Source: Octopus vulgaris (taxonomy: Eukaryota). Taken from it: a stretch of 64,000 bases of DNA. Both the position numbers and the translations under genes were made by a program. Of this stretch, positions 12,308-26,529 are shown piece after piece (position 1 is the stretch's first letter; every line of letters begins with the position of its first letter). Location: contig OX597814.1 of assembly GCA_951406725.2 (NCBI GenBank), positions 30,566,001-30,630,000 of the forward strand, in the 5' to 3' direction. The notes under the pieces were generated by a model, which did not search any database, was not told the DNA's origin, and saw only the letters and a program-made list of their open reading frames with translations.

Positions 12308-12508
12308 AATAACCTTAGCATTTGATTTATTGATGTCCTTACCCCCAAACTTTTGTGAGTTGAATTAAGCAAACACTATATATGAGAGAGATTTTCTTTA
12401 AGTATTAGAAATAGCTTTAAAAAAGTTTTTTAGCTGCTATTTCTATTGAGTTCAGTATGCGGCAAAGTAATTTACTTTACTAAGCCCTTTTATATAATGT
12501 AATAATTT

Positions 12509-12551
<43 letters not shown>

Positions 12552-13295
12552 ATGTGTGTGTGTGCATGTGTATGAAATGTTGACATTGCTTAGTTCAGTC
12601 GTAACTAGAATCACCCGAGGGTACGGCTGACCTGAAATACTAACTATAACTTATAGAACGTGTAGAAATAGAAAAATAATCAATGCTTGGTCTGCTATTT
12701 TCCTGTTACCTTTCTCTTTTCTTTTTGTATTTGTCGAGAAATATCGTTGCTATATTTTTTCCCCTCAAACATCTTTATATCTCATCTTTTCTGTCTTCTT
12801 TTATTTTTTTTTATTTTTATACAATTGTTTATGTTATTTTCGGATTTTTCTCCGCGGCAGTTATCTTTCAGAATTTGTCTCAGCCAACCATATTCAACAA
12901 TGTGTGTATGTTTGTGCTTGTATGTGTGTGTGTGTGTGTGTATGTATGCGGCGTGTGTGTGAGTGAGTGGCAACCGTGCGTTAATTGCAACCATGCGTGT
13001 ACACGTATCCGCCCTTTCGTTCCTTCAGGCGTAGAGAAGGCAGCGGAAAAGGCCTATAATCAAGAGACGACACCTCGTGGGCGTAAATAGAGAAAGATAG
13101 AAAGAGAGGGAAAAAAATATGTAGATGACAGGGTTTTAGTGAATTTAAGACAACTAATTTCGTCTTTTAATCTTTGAAGGTCTGTTGGAGAGGGAAAATT
13201 TCCTTGAGGGAAGAAATATTCCTGAATGTTGTGTCCTGAGGTCTGTAATTTCATTCACAGCAATGTAATAGATATTTAGATATGCCATTGAACAC

Positions 13296-13350
<55 letters not shown>

Positions 13351-13977
13351 ATATTTACGTATATATATGTATATATGTACATATATATACATATATATAT
13401 ATATGTATATATATATTTATGTATATATAAATGTGTGTATGTATACATATGACATATATGTGTATATATACATGTATGTGTATATCTATCTATCTATATT
13501 TATACAGATATATGTATGTATTATTTGCGCATGTCTGTTTGTTGAAAAATCTCACTGTCTGTCTTTCTGTGTTTCCCTTTCTTTCTCTCTCTCTTTCCGT
13601 TTCTTTTTCTCTCATGCGCACAGAACAACTTTGGTATTCGTCGCCATGACTGCTGGTTGAATTCCTTGGATCATATTACTGTCATCTTCATCATTATGTT
13701 TGCTCATTGGGAATTTACATTTTGCATTCAAGAAACGTTACCCGAACTGTTACTTCATTCTTCAGCCACCTCCTTCAGAACCAACCCCAACCGACATGAA
13801 AACAAAAGAAAAGAAGAAAAAATCAAAGAAAGAAAGAACAAAAAAAAAAAAGAAAAAAAAAACGAAATGAAATATTTTAATGTTTTTTCGGTGAAAATCC
13901 TACCAATACGAATAATATATACATTCATAAAATTAATTTTCCTTAAGTGTAAAATATTTATTTTACTCCGCAACTAA

Positions 13978-14508
13978 CCTATTTCTTTACTACCCACAAG
14001 GGGCTAAACGCAGAGAGGACAAACAAGGGCAGACAAACGGATTAAGCTGATTATATCGACCCCAGTGCGTAACTGGTACTTATTTAATCGACCCCGAAAG
14101 GATGAAAGGCAAATTCGACCTCAGCGGAATTTGAACTCAGAACATGAAGACATACGAAATACCTGTTTATTTACTACCCACAAGGAGCTACACGCAGAGA
14201 GGACAAACAAGGACAGACAAACGGATTAAGCCGATTATATCGACCCCAGTGCGTAACTGGTACTTATTTAATCGATCCCGAAAGGATGAAAGGCAAATTC
14301 GACCTCGGCGGAATTTGAACTCAGAACATGAAGACAGACGAAATACCTGTTTCTTTACTACCCACAAGGGGCTAAACGCAGTGAGGACAAATAAGGACAG
14401 ACAAACGGATTAAGCCGATTATATCGACCCCAGTGCGTAACTGGTACTTATTTAATCGATCCCGAAAGGATGAAAGGCAAAGTCGACCTCGGCGGAATTT
14501 GAACTCAA
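13978..14508 (-). mobile_element. SINE B head-less trimer (184-bp period) with 15-bp TSD
   Basis: Units at 13978, 14162, 14346; TTACTCCGCAACTAA at 13963-13977 and 14509-14523. Confidence 0.9.
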
Positions 14509-15214
14509 TTACTCCGCAACTAAACTCGATAGCGATGAGGCTGATGAGAAAGAGCAGAATAGCGAGGAGTAAAGAGTTTATCGTTCCTTTCTACGGATAG
14601 TCTACTCTGATTACTCTACATGTTTTTATGATCTGCTAGAAACAGCAATAAAATCTTCCTCAATTTATAACCTTCCTTTTTATCAAAGGAAGTTCATACT
14701 GTACATTGTTGTCTTAGATTCGTTATACCTGAAAAACAAAGATAAAGAAAACCATGGTTGGAGTTCATACCGAACAAGCAGATGCTTCACATGCGGTAGC
14801 GTCCCTGAAATTATAAAACAGAACGGTGATTTGTGTTTATAAGGTCTCATACACCACCATTTCACTGGCAAAACTTGATCGTAGGTCTGTCGGTTTGAGG
14901 CAACACATCGACAAGAATAACAAAATAGTGTTAGTCGATCATAATTACGTGTTCAAACTCGCTGAAGTTGACTTTTACCTTCCATCTTAATCAACAAACA
15001 GAGCACTAAGCGATATGCTGCATCAAAGCTGACTCAAGACTAATTACCATACGAGAGAAAGACTAGGCACAAAGCGTAAAATTAGGCGTAAATGGAAACC
15101 GTTAAGCTTGAGTCTTTCTCATTGAGATGTACGATACAAAATGAAAGTAACTTCAAGCCGGAATCGAAACTTAAATAAGGAACACCATTCGATGATGTAT
15201 TTCACTGTTCGGAA

Positions 15215-16110
15215 GCGGCGAGCTGGCAGAAACGTTAGCACGCCAGGCGAAATGCTTAGCGGTATTTTGTCTGCCGTTACGTTGTGAGTTCAAATTCCGC
15301 CGAGGTCGACTTTGCCTTTCATCCTTTCGGGGTCGATAAATTAAGTACCAGTTATGCACTGGGGTCGATGTAATCGACTTAATACCTATGTCTGTCCTTG
15401 TTTGTCCCCTCTGTGTTTAGCCCCTTGTGGGTAATAAAGAAATAGGTATTTCGTCTGTCGTTATGTTGTGAGTTCAAATTCCGCCGAGATCGACTTTGCC
15501 TTTCATCCTTTCGGGGTCGATAAATTAAGTACCAGTTACGCACTGGGGTCGATGTAATCGACTTAATACCTATGTCTGTCTTTGTTTGTCCCCTCTATGT
15601 TTAGCCCCTTGTGGGTAATAAAGAGATAGGTATTTCGTCTGCCGCTATGTTCTGAGTTCAAATTCCGCCGAGGTCGACTTTGCCTTTCATCCTTTCGGGG
15701 TCGGTTAAATAAATACCAGTTACCCACTGGGGTCGATACAATCGACTTAATCCGTTTGTCTGTTCTTGTTTGTCCTCTCTGTGTTTAGCCCCTTGAGGGT
15801 AGTAAAGAAATAGGTATTCTGTCTTCCGCTACGTTCTGGGTTCAAATTCCGCCGAGGTCGACTTTGCTTTTCATCGTTTCGGGGTCGATTAATTAAGTAC
15901 CAGTTACGCACTGGGATCGATATAATCAGCTTAATCCGTTTGTCTGTCCTTGTTTGTACCCCCTATTTTTAGCCCCTTGTGGGCAATAAAGAAATAAAAA
16001 CGGTAGCATGCCTTTATGTTCTGAGTTCAAATTCCGCCGAAGTCGACTTTGTCTTTCATCCTTTCGGGATCGATAAATTAAGTTCTAGGTGCGTACTGGA
16101 GGTCGATTTA
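15215..16110 (+). mobile_element. SINE B: one head plus four 184-bp units, then an older fragment
   Basis: GGTATT unit starts at 15261, 15445, 15629, 15813. Confidence 0.9.
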
Positions 16111-19015
16111 ATCTACTCAGCAAGAGGCCCGAAAATTTTAGGGGGGGAGCCAGACTGTGAAGACATAAATCCAAAGTACAATAGTTTATGTTATCCAGGT
16201 AAAGCAACTTCAGTTCACTTACATTGGTGATTATCGAGAGAGAGAGAGAGGGAGAGGCGAGACAGGGAGAGAAGGAGACAGGAGAGAGAGTGTAGGAGAA
16301 AAGAATAGAGAGAAAGGGAAAGAGAAGGAGATAGGTGCAAGGAGAGAGGGTGAGAGAGTGGGAAATGAGGTGAGGGAGTGGGAGAAATAGAGGAGAGAGA
16401 GGGAGAGAAAGAAATAGAGAGGGAAAGAGAAGTGTAAGAGAAATGTGAATGACTGTCACAGTTTCAATGGGAAATCGCAGACACAATTGATTACGTCAGC
16501 CTTGCCCACTTTCACCATAAATGCTGACTGAAGTAAAAAGAACTCTTTTAATCAACAGAATCCGATATTAATTATTCGCAACTCCAGACGACATTTGTTG
16601 AATTTGGAATGAAAATTATTACCTGACTAAAAAAAAACAAAAACAAGACAAGAACAAAAAAACAATTCCATGTTGTACCAGATGTGATTACAATTTATAA
16701 CTGACATCACGGGCATTGTATTAATATTTTACAACCTGGCCAAATGAAAGAGACAGCTTTGATGACGTGACTTTGGTTTTAAGGAGAAACACACACACAC
16801 ACACACACACACATTTGGATTTATAAATGAAAGTGATACAATACATGTAGAATTTATTAATTTATTCGAAGATGGCGCATGTTTCACGCCATCACTAAAC
16901 CGAATACTCAGAGTAGCACCAAAAGAAACCTCAGTTAAATAAATGGATCTATGCAAAGATCTCAGCTCTTGAAGGGCTTATACACAGCAGAATCGGTTCT
17001 AAAATACCACATATATTCTCCTTTGATCGCTCATTTGTTAGTACTGAAAGAAACAGTCAACAGTGGCAGGATTCGAACACGAAACTCAGATTATGAATAT
17101 AAATAATAAAAAAATAACAAAGTAAGCAGTGTAAATTAACGATTTCTTACTAAGCTTTTTTTTTTTTACTCTCCAAATTTTCTATAATATCGTGTTATTT
17201 TCATGTTTTTTCGTAAGAAGACAATTTTCTGTGAATTGGCTTCTGCTGGAAATCGTAACCGCATCGTTGATTCGGGTCAGCGGGAGCTAACCTCTTGCTC
17301 TGTGGAAATCGTCATCATGGAAACAGTAGACATAGATCATAGATGTATATATATAATATATATATATACACAACCTAATGCACTGCTCCTAAATATATAT
17401 ACACGCACTCGTACACGTACACACATAATTACTAATGCACCTATACACATATTCAAATACATACCTATACTATATGCGCACGTATATGTTTTCCTCTGTT
17501 TTCTTTCATTTTTTATTTGACTCGGACAATATTCATGTTTTTCCTCGGCAGCTCCTCAATAATACTGGTGATTTATTGAATTTCTATTTTCTCAGTCATA
17601 CTTATATACACTTACTCATAATATAACATCATACATACACCAGTGTCTGAATGCATATACATACATACATACATACATATATATATGTATATGTGAATTT
17701 ATATATGTATGTATGTATGTATTTAATATCAATTAAAGAAGTATAAAAATGTTGTTTAAGAAATCGCTCTATGAAACACAGAATAAGAATGGTATAGCGT
17801 GCTTCCTTTAATAAACTGGCTTTAGAGATGAGAAAATACCAAATCCTCCTGACAATCTATATCAGAATTGTTTTTCTTCTTTAGCCGCGTTACTGTTATT
17901 TTCATGTTATTCTTTTATTTTTTATTTTTTTATATATTATTTTATTTTTTTATTTTTGTGCCAGTTATTAGAACATCATGCAAACAACAGAGTAATATAA
18001 AATACAGAATGAAAGGAAGAAAAATACCCCCAAACAGTTTTTTTTATATCGATATATCAACTGGTAATATTTATTTTTCTAGCTATTAATAATAATAGTA
18101 ATAATAGTAATAATAATGATAATAATAATAAGAATAGGAATAGTAAAAATGTTTCTCATATCGGCATGAAACCTGAAAATATGAGAAAATAGGAGATTTT
18201 GACATCTATCTAAACTCTCATGTAAAAAAAAAAAAAAAAAATGAAAAGAAAGAAAAGAAGCTAAAAAAAAATGGTAAAAATGCATTAGCGATGCAAGTAA
18301 AGTCATCATTGTATATAGCTCCAGGTCAGCTCTAATCGAGCAAATGTATGATTAAACGCATTCCAGCCGTGATCATCCTTTATTTTTTTTTTGTCTCCAA
18401 ACGTAGTGAACATAGAGCCATAGTATCCGATGCGTTCCTCATTTAAAAAAAAAAACGGTTGGGTGCATTTCTGTGCGAAATTTGGTTGATTCTTTTTGGC
18501 AGGTCGAGTGACTACACAGAGGCACCATCGTGGCTAGGTTTAAGTGAAGTTGATATTGTTATTGCTGTTGTGTAGGTCCAATCGGTCCTGATATAGCATG
18601 GATATAATCAAAACATTATAGCTGATACTATCTCAAATTTATTTTCTCAGAAATAATGAATGCTGTACATCGTTATCCAACTAGCGATACGAAGCGAAGT
18701 TCGTGAACATGGCTTGCTAAGAAGAGCCAGAATTTGAACTGTCTACAGTTTGTAGATTAGCAAGAACTGGGTAGGAAATATAAAATTGTGATGTTTAACC
18801 ATTTTTTCTAGATTATTAGCGGCTTCTTTTCATTTCTATGCTTAGTTGAATTCCTCTCCTCAGCATTATTCTATAATAGAGCGTCGAGCCGAGAAATAGG
18901 TTTCTATGTGGTCGTTCAATCTGTTAGAAATAGCATCCATCATCTTCAGAAATGAAGGACACATAAGACAACAGAGTCCTAGATACACAGTTAAGACGGC
19001 TTTTGATCATAATTA

Positions 19016-19535
19016 CCGTAAATCCTCGAGTATAATCCGCATTTTCCCCCAAAATTTAAAGGTCAAAATCCCTAGTGTGTACTATATACGAGGTTAAAAA
19101 GGAAAAATATTTTCTAAGCAATTTCCGAGTCTCTATTTGCTGTCCGGCAATGTTTATTCAGACGCATTTTGTGATGTCGGGCGCGAAAATACCTTAAGCT
19201 AAGCCAGAAAACAATGAAGTCATAAACGAATCATCCATAACTTGCAGTAAGCAACATTTATTAGAATAAAGGTATTCAGAACACAGAATAACATGTAACA
19301 AAAACAATTTGCAAACATATTTACATTCCCATATAACAGTTAAGAACATTACCATTATTGTATTACGCATGCATGGAAGTGTTTATTCGACTAGGTACAG
19401 CTGGCTTAATTACGCACGACTCAAGTTAGAGAAGGGTGCGTATTATACACAAGGTTTATGTTTTTCAGAGATACAGCCCCTTAAAAATTCCCTGCGTATT
19501 ATACTCAAGGGCAGACTATACTCGAGGATTTACGG
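19016..19535. mobile_element. Tc1/mariner-superfamily (Tc2/pogo-like) MITE
   Basis: TIRs CCGTAAATCCTCGAGTATA / TATACTCGAGGATTTACGG, TA on both sides. Confidence 0.85.
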
Positions 19536-19929
19536 TATATTGATTCAGCAAACCCCAACCAATTCAAAATATTACACTGAATATCTAATAGATTCTATTC
19601 GTTTATTGCTTTCTCTTTCAGCCGTTCATCTTAACCAAATTAAGACGTCACCATCATTTTCGATATTAACCCCACGAAATAGAAATTAAAGGCAAAAATT
19701 GTCACAACACCACAAACAAAAGCGCTGTGGTGATGCGTTGTATCTTTACAATCCAAGTTCAGATCTCATTTTGGTAGATGGTTTTTTTAAAAGGCTAGCT
19801 AGTAATACGCCCCTATATACGTGCATACATACGTACATACATACATACATACATACATACATACATACATACATACATACATACATACATACATACATAC
19901 ATACATACATACATACATACATAGGACAG

Positions 19930-20070
19930 GAGCACTCCGTTGGTTTCGGCGACTAGGGTTCCAGCTGAGACGAACAACGGAACAGCTTGCCCGTGAAATT
20001 AGCGTGCAAGTGGCTGAGCATTCCACATACACGTGTACCCTTAACGTAGTTCGCAAGGAGATTCAGCATA
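19930..20070 (-). mobile_element. SINE D-type tail fragment
   Basis: Matches 55311-55455. Confidence 0.7.
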
Positions 20071-20200
20071 ACTCTAGATAAATGTCTGAATATCTCTCGT
20101 GGGCATTTTCTCGTTCCGGTTTTTTAACGCACATAAACCTGGCATAACACTTCTTGACTTCCACTACAGAGAGTCGTCACCAAAACCTTCCTATCAGTCC

Positions 20201-20258
20201 CTGACGAGCGCCGGGATTGAATTTTTTTTCTCTAACTCGTGTGCGAAACCGATTGGTA
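20201..20258 (+). ncRNA. Hammerhead core with degenerate stem I
   Basis: CTGACGA-GCGCCGGG...CTCGTGTGC-GAAAC-CGATTG-GTA; stems II and III pair, stem I does not. Confidence 0.5.
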
Positions 20259-20312
20259 AAATCTGCTGAAACTGATCTATAATACTTGTATTGTGCGTGT
20301 ATTTGTGTGCGC

Positions 20313-22650
<2,338 letters not shown>

Positions 22651-23064
22651 TATATTTGCTTTTCTGTGAGAGTTATTTACGTTCTATGCAGAATTCAAGG
22701 CAGTTACTCTCTGTGGCAATGCTTCTTAGAGTCAAGGCAGTCAAACAGATTTGCTATATGTAAATCAGTTAAATGGGTACAGATTTGGGTATATATATGA
22801 AGATATACTTGTACTCATATAATGGATACATTTTCTGTTGTACGCGACTGTGCGTAATTGCTTATTCTATATTTGTGTATCTATCTATATACAGGGAACT
22901 CAAATATAAATTCTTTAGAATGTTTAAAAAATCTCCGCTGGATCGCTAATCGACTGGATTTAAACTCATGCGAGTCTGTTCTTCCTTGAAAAATCTTGCA
23001 TTTCCAGCTTTTTATGCAAATCTGTTGTTACACCGTTCATTGCGCCTATAATGATTGCTGCAAA

Positions 23065-23458
23065 TCTTTATATATAAAAGAAAGGTTGTGTGTCTGTCTA
23101 CTCCGACTTAGATTCCTAACTACTCCCACATTTTGCGGTGCAGTTTAACCAAAACCGGGTATCTTATAGTCGTGATTCGTATCAAGCCCTTCTGGGTATT
23201 AGCGCGCGTCTACGATGAGTCTACGATTTTAAAAATAATTTACCATCATTTTTTTCCATTTTAATGCATATTTTTTTTAAATATAAGGGAAATAACTCTC
23301 TAAAAATGTCTACGATGAGTCAACGATTTAAAAAAAAATTACCATAATTTTTTTTCCATTTTTAATGCATTTTTTGCTATTTTTTGGCTATAACTCTCTA
23401 AAAATGCTTTATAGTTATTTCCCTTACAAACCCGAGCAACGCCGGGCGATACTGCTAG
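23065..23458 (+). mobile_element. Non-autonomous Helitron
   Basis: 5' TC, 3' hairpin CCCGAGCAACGCCGGG followed by CTAG, inserted between A and T, no TSD. Confidence 0.9.
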
Positions 23459-23539
23459 TGAAAGTATATAACAAGAATACGAGGGTTGTTACGCATTAGT
23501 TTATCATAGTTGTTTCTCTTACCACATGTTTGGATCAGA

Positions 23540-23720
23540 TGCTCGCATCCACCGATCAGAATACTCCATCATACATTTTCGTTAGCTATGTATGATCTTT
23601 GTTCCCTGTCTCATAGAACAATATCAGGCTTATTTTTGCACCGGGTTGTTGTTGTTTTTATTGGCATGTTCCAACAGTATGGCCCTCGTGTGCCTTTGCT
23701 ATAACTGCTAGCAATCCTTC
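23540..23720 (-). pseudogene. R4/Dong-like RLE fragment
   Basis: Minus translation YCWNMPIKTTTRCKNKPDIVL*DREQR. Confidence 0.55.
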
Positions 23721-23724
23721 CATT

Positions 23725-23970
23725 ACTCTTTTACTCTTTTACTTGTTTCAGTCATTTGCCTGTAGCCATGCTGGAGCACCGCCTTTAGTCGAGTAAATCG
23801 ACCCCAGGACTTATTCTTTGTAAGCCTAGTACTTAATCCATCGGTCTCGTTTGCCGAACTGCTAAGTTACGGGATGTAACACATCAGCATCGGTTGTCAA
23901 GCGATGTTGGGTGGGAGACAAACACAGACACACAAACAAATATACACACATACATACATACGTACGTACG

Positions 23971-24038
<68 letters not shown>

Positions 24039-24211
24039 CATATATATACGACGGGCTTCTTTCAGTTTCCGTCTACCAAATCCACTCACAAGGCTTTGGT
24101 CGGCCCGAGGCTATAGTTGAAGACACTTGCCCAAGGTGCCACGCAGTAGGACTGAACCCGGAACCATGTGGCTGGTAAGCAAGCTACTTACCACACAGCC
24201 ACTCCTACGCC
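23725..24211 (-). mobile_element. SINE family A, full length
   Basis: Head and tail with internal (CA)n/(TACA)n. Confidence 0.9.
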
Positions 24212-25135
24212 TATATAATTTTAGCAAGGTAGTACATATGTCTAAAGAACAACGTATTTGACTCTCCCACAAGGACGTTGCAGGCATTTTTGGCACCTTC
24301 CAAAGAAATGGATACCTTTCACACTGACGTTACGCAATCAACATTTTCTGTCACAATATGATGGTCGGATGTATCTGTCACAGATCTCAGAGATTTACTC
24401 TTTCTTTCGACGTTATAATTATCCGGTAGCTTGCGAGATATATTCATAAGCGTAAACTTCTTCTGATATGATTAGTATTTCTCCCCTAAGTTTTCGATAT
24501 TTTACTTTTCTTTTATTGTATCATTTTTCACTGCTAAGTTTTCCCTTTCGCTGGTCAATTGTATGTGTGATACTAAGTCCCACTCTCTACTTCTCCTGTT
24601 ATTGTCACCTTTAATGTGGAATTACTGGTGATGGTTAATATCTTCCTAATATTGTTGTCTAAACCGCAGTTCACTTTCAAAAAGACATTCTAGTATCTCA
24701 AATTTTGGTTCAAGCATTGGCACTGACAAGACGAGTCATTGGATTATCGTCTTACTGAATGCAGACTGTTCTGATTTCACATCTTCCGAAGTTGTCTGCA
24801 GTATTTTGTCACTTTACTTAGCGTCACATCTTCATTCTGATCAATTCCGTGAGATTTGTGGTATTCAGTTTTTGGAGTTAAAGGAGATAGGCATGCTATT
24901 GATAGGCATGCCTGCTGGAGCCGAGCAGCAGGTATTTAAAGGGAAATTTGACAAGACAGTCAGTCGCCCGCTGACACTCGTTGACGCTACATCGAAGAGG
25001 CCAGGGAACGGAAGAAAGAAGAAAGTAGACATGCACCCAACACCAGAGCTGAAGACACCTCCGAAATGGAGGCGGGGGGGGGGGGGCGCAACGTCGAAAC
25101 AATAGAGGAGAAGGGACCGAAACCGGACGTGGTTC

Positions 25136-25210
25136 TTCCTGATGATGTCTTGAGCTAACTGGATCCTATAAAGGAGCTATTGTGGTAGCAGACCACGAAA
25201 CACGGTTGAA
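25136..25210 (+). ncRNA. Hammerhead-like motif (weaker second core at ~25049-25102)
   Basis: TTC-CTGATGA-TGTCT...AGACCAC-GAAAC-ACG-GTT-GAA. Confidence 0.5.
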
Positions 25211-25254
25211 ATTCCTCATCAGGTCAATGATCTTCTCTCGATTGACAACCGAAT

Positions 25255-25380
25255 TAGAACATTTATCCTAACGCATCTTCATTCCTGTATCTCATGAGAA
25301 TGTTGGGATCAGCTCTAAATGCCTCGACCGCGTGACTATTACCTTATAAAGTTTCAAGTCATCGGTATAATATATGTGTG
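25255..25380 (-). pseudogene. LINE RT catalytic-motif relic (R4/Dong-like)
   Basis: Minus translation HIYYTDDLKLY...FS*DTGMKMR*DKC resembles HLxYMDDLKL...FSxDIxMxFGxDKC. Confidence 0.7.
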
Positions 25381-25383
25381 AAA

Positions 25384-25613
25384 GCGGTGAGCTGGCAGAA
25401 ACGTTAGCGCGCCGGGCGAAATGCTGAGCGGTATTTCGTCTGCCGCTACGTTCTACGTTCAAATTCCGCCGAGGTCGACTTTGCCTTTCATCCTTTCGGG
25501 GTCGATTAAATAAGTACCAGTTACGCACTGAGGTCGATATAATCGACTTAATCCGTTTGTCTGTCCTTGTTTGTCCTCTCTGTGTTTAGCCCCTTGTGGG
25601 TAGTAAAGAAATA
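25384..25613 (+). mobile_element. SINE B monomer with 17-bp TSD
   Basis: GGTATAATATATGTGTG at 25364-25380 and 25614-25630. Confidence 0.9.
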
Positions 25614-26026
25614 GGTATAATATATGTGTGGAATTAATTTTACTCTTTTCTCTGAAAGTTTCTTCAGCTTTTGATACTTTGTCGATCCTTTTATAGTCGG
25701 TCGTCTGACAGCACTGACTATTAGAAGACACTGGCAAGGTGCAGTGATTCCACTATCCATAAATAAGGGGTACAATCAAACACGTTTTAGTCTAGATATA
25801 CTTTCGGCAGACTTCTACAATGCTGTCCCATAAGATGATATTTCATAAACCCTTGTGATATGCTCTTTGCTGGTTGAATGTATGTATATAGGCTATTTCT
25901 TAAGGATATATTTAATGTTTTTCCCTTTGCAGAATTCAAGTCGGCCACTAACGAGGTGGTAAGGATCTTGTATAAGTCAACACAGCTTTTGGTGTTTATG
26001 GTCATCTGAATTGCTTGGTTTGTTCA

Positions 26027-26082
<56 letters not shown>

Positions 26083-26305
26083 CGAGTGTGTTTGCGTGTG
26101 TGTGTGTGTATGTATGTATGTGTGTGTGTTGGTGTGTATGCGTGTAGATAAGGCTTGATTCGTGAAGTGGGTATGTGTGTCACGCAAGTATATACGTGTG
26201 TGTATGTGTGTGTGTGTGTGTATGTATGTGTGTGTGTATTTTGGTGTGTATGCGTGTAGCTAAGGCTGGATTCGTGAAGTGGGTATGGGTGTCATGCAAG
26301 TATAT

Positions 26306-26342
<37 letters not shown>

Positions 26343-26529
26343 TCATTACTGTTTATGTGTGTGCGTGTCTACGTATTATATAAGTATGTGTGACTGTGCA
26401 TCTGTGCATATGTTCCCTTAGGATTCTCGAACAGAAAATCTCTGGAGTGTTTTAAAAATTTTCATCGTTTCTTAAATTGATTGTATCTGGAGAATGTGAA
26501 CCAGTCTGCTCTTGGAGAACCCAAGGTTT

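Larger units (their letters stand above)
10076..12508. mobile_element. 545-bp tandem array (x3) plus inverted 1.5 units inside (TA)n; Penelope-like pLTR or non-LTR retrozyme
   Basis: Units start at 10076, 10621, 11166; inversion 11702-12508; near-identical copies; one hammerhead motif per unit. Confidence 0.85.

Noticed and set aside
13657-13977. 106-aa ORF with hydrophobic N-terminus
   Set aside because: TTG start, runs into A-rich low complexity, no homology recognised; kept only as a possible exon island
13978-15996. Regularly spaced repeats as a CRISPR array
   Set aside because: Whole 184-bp units repeat with no unique spacers; eukaryotic SINE context; no cas genes
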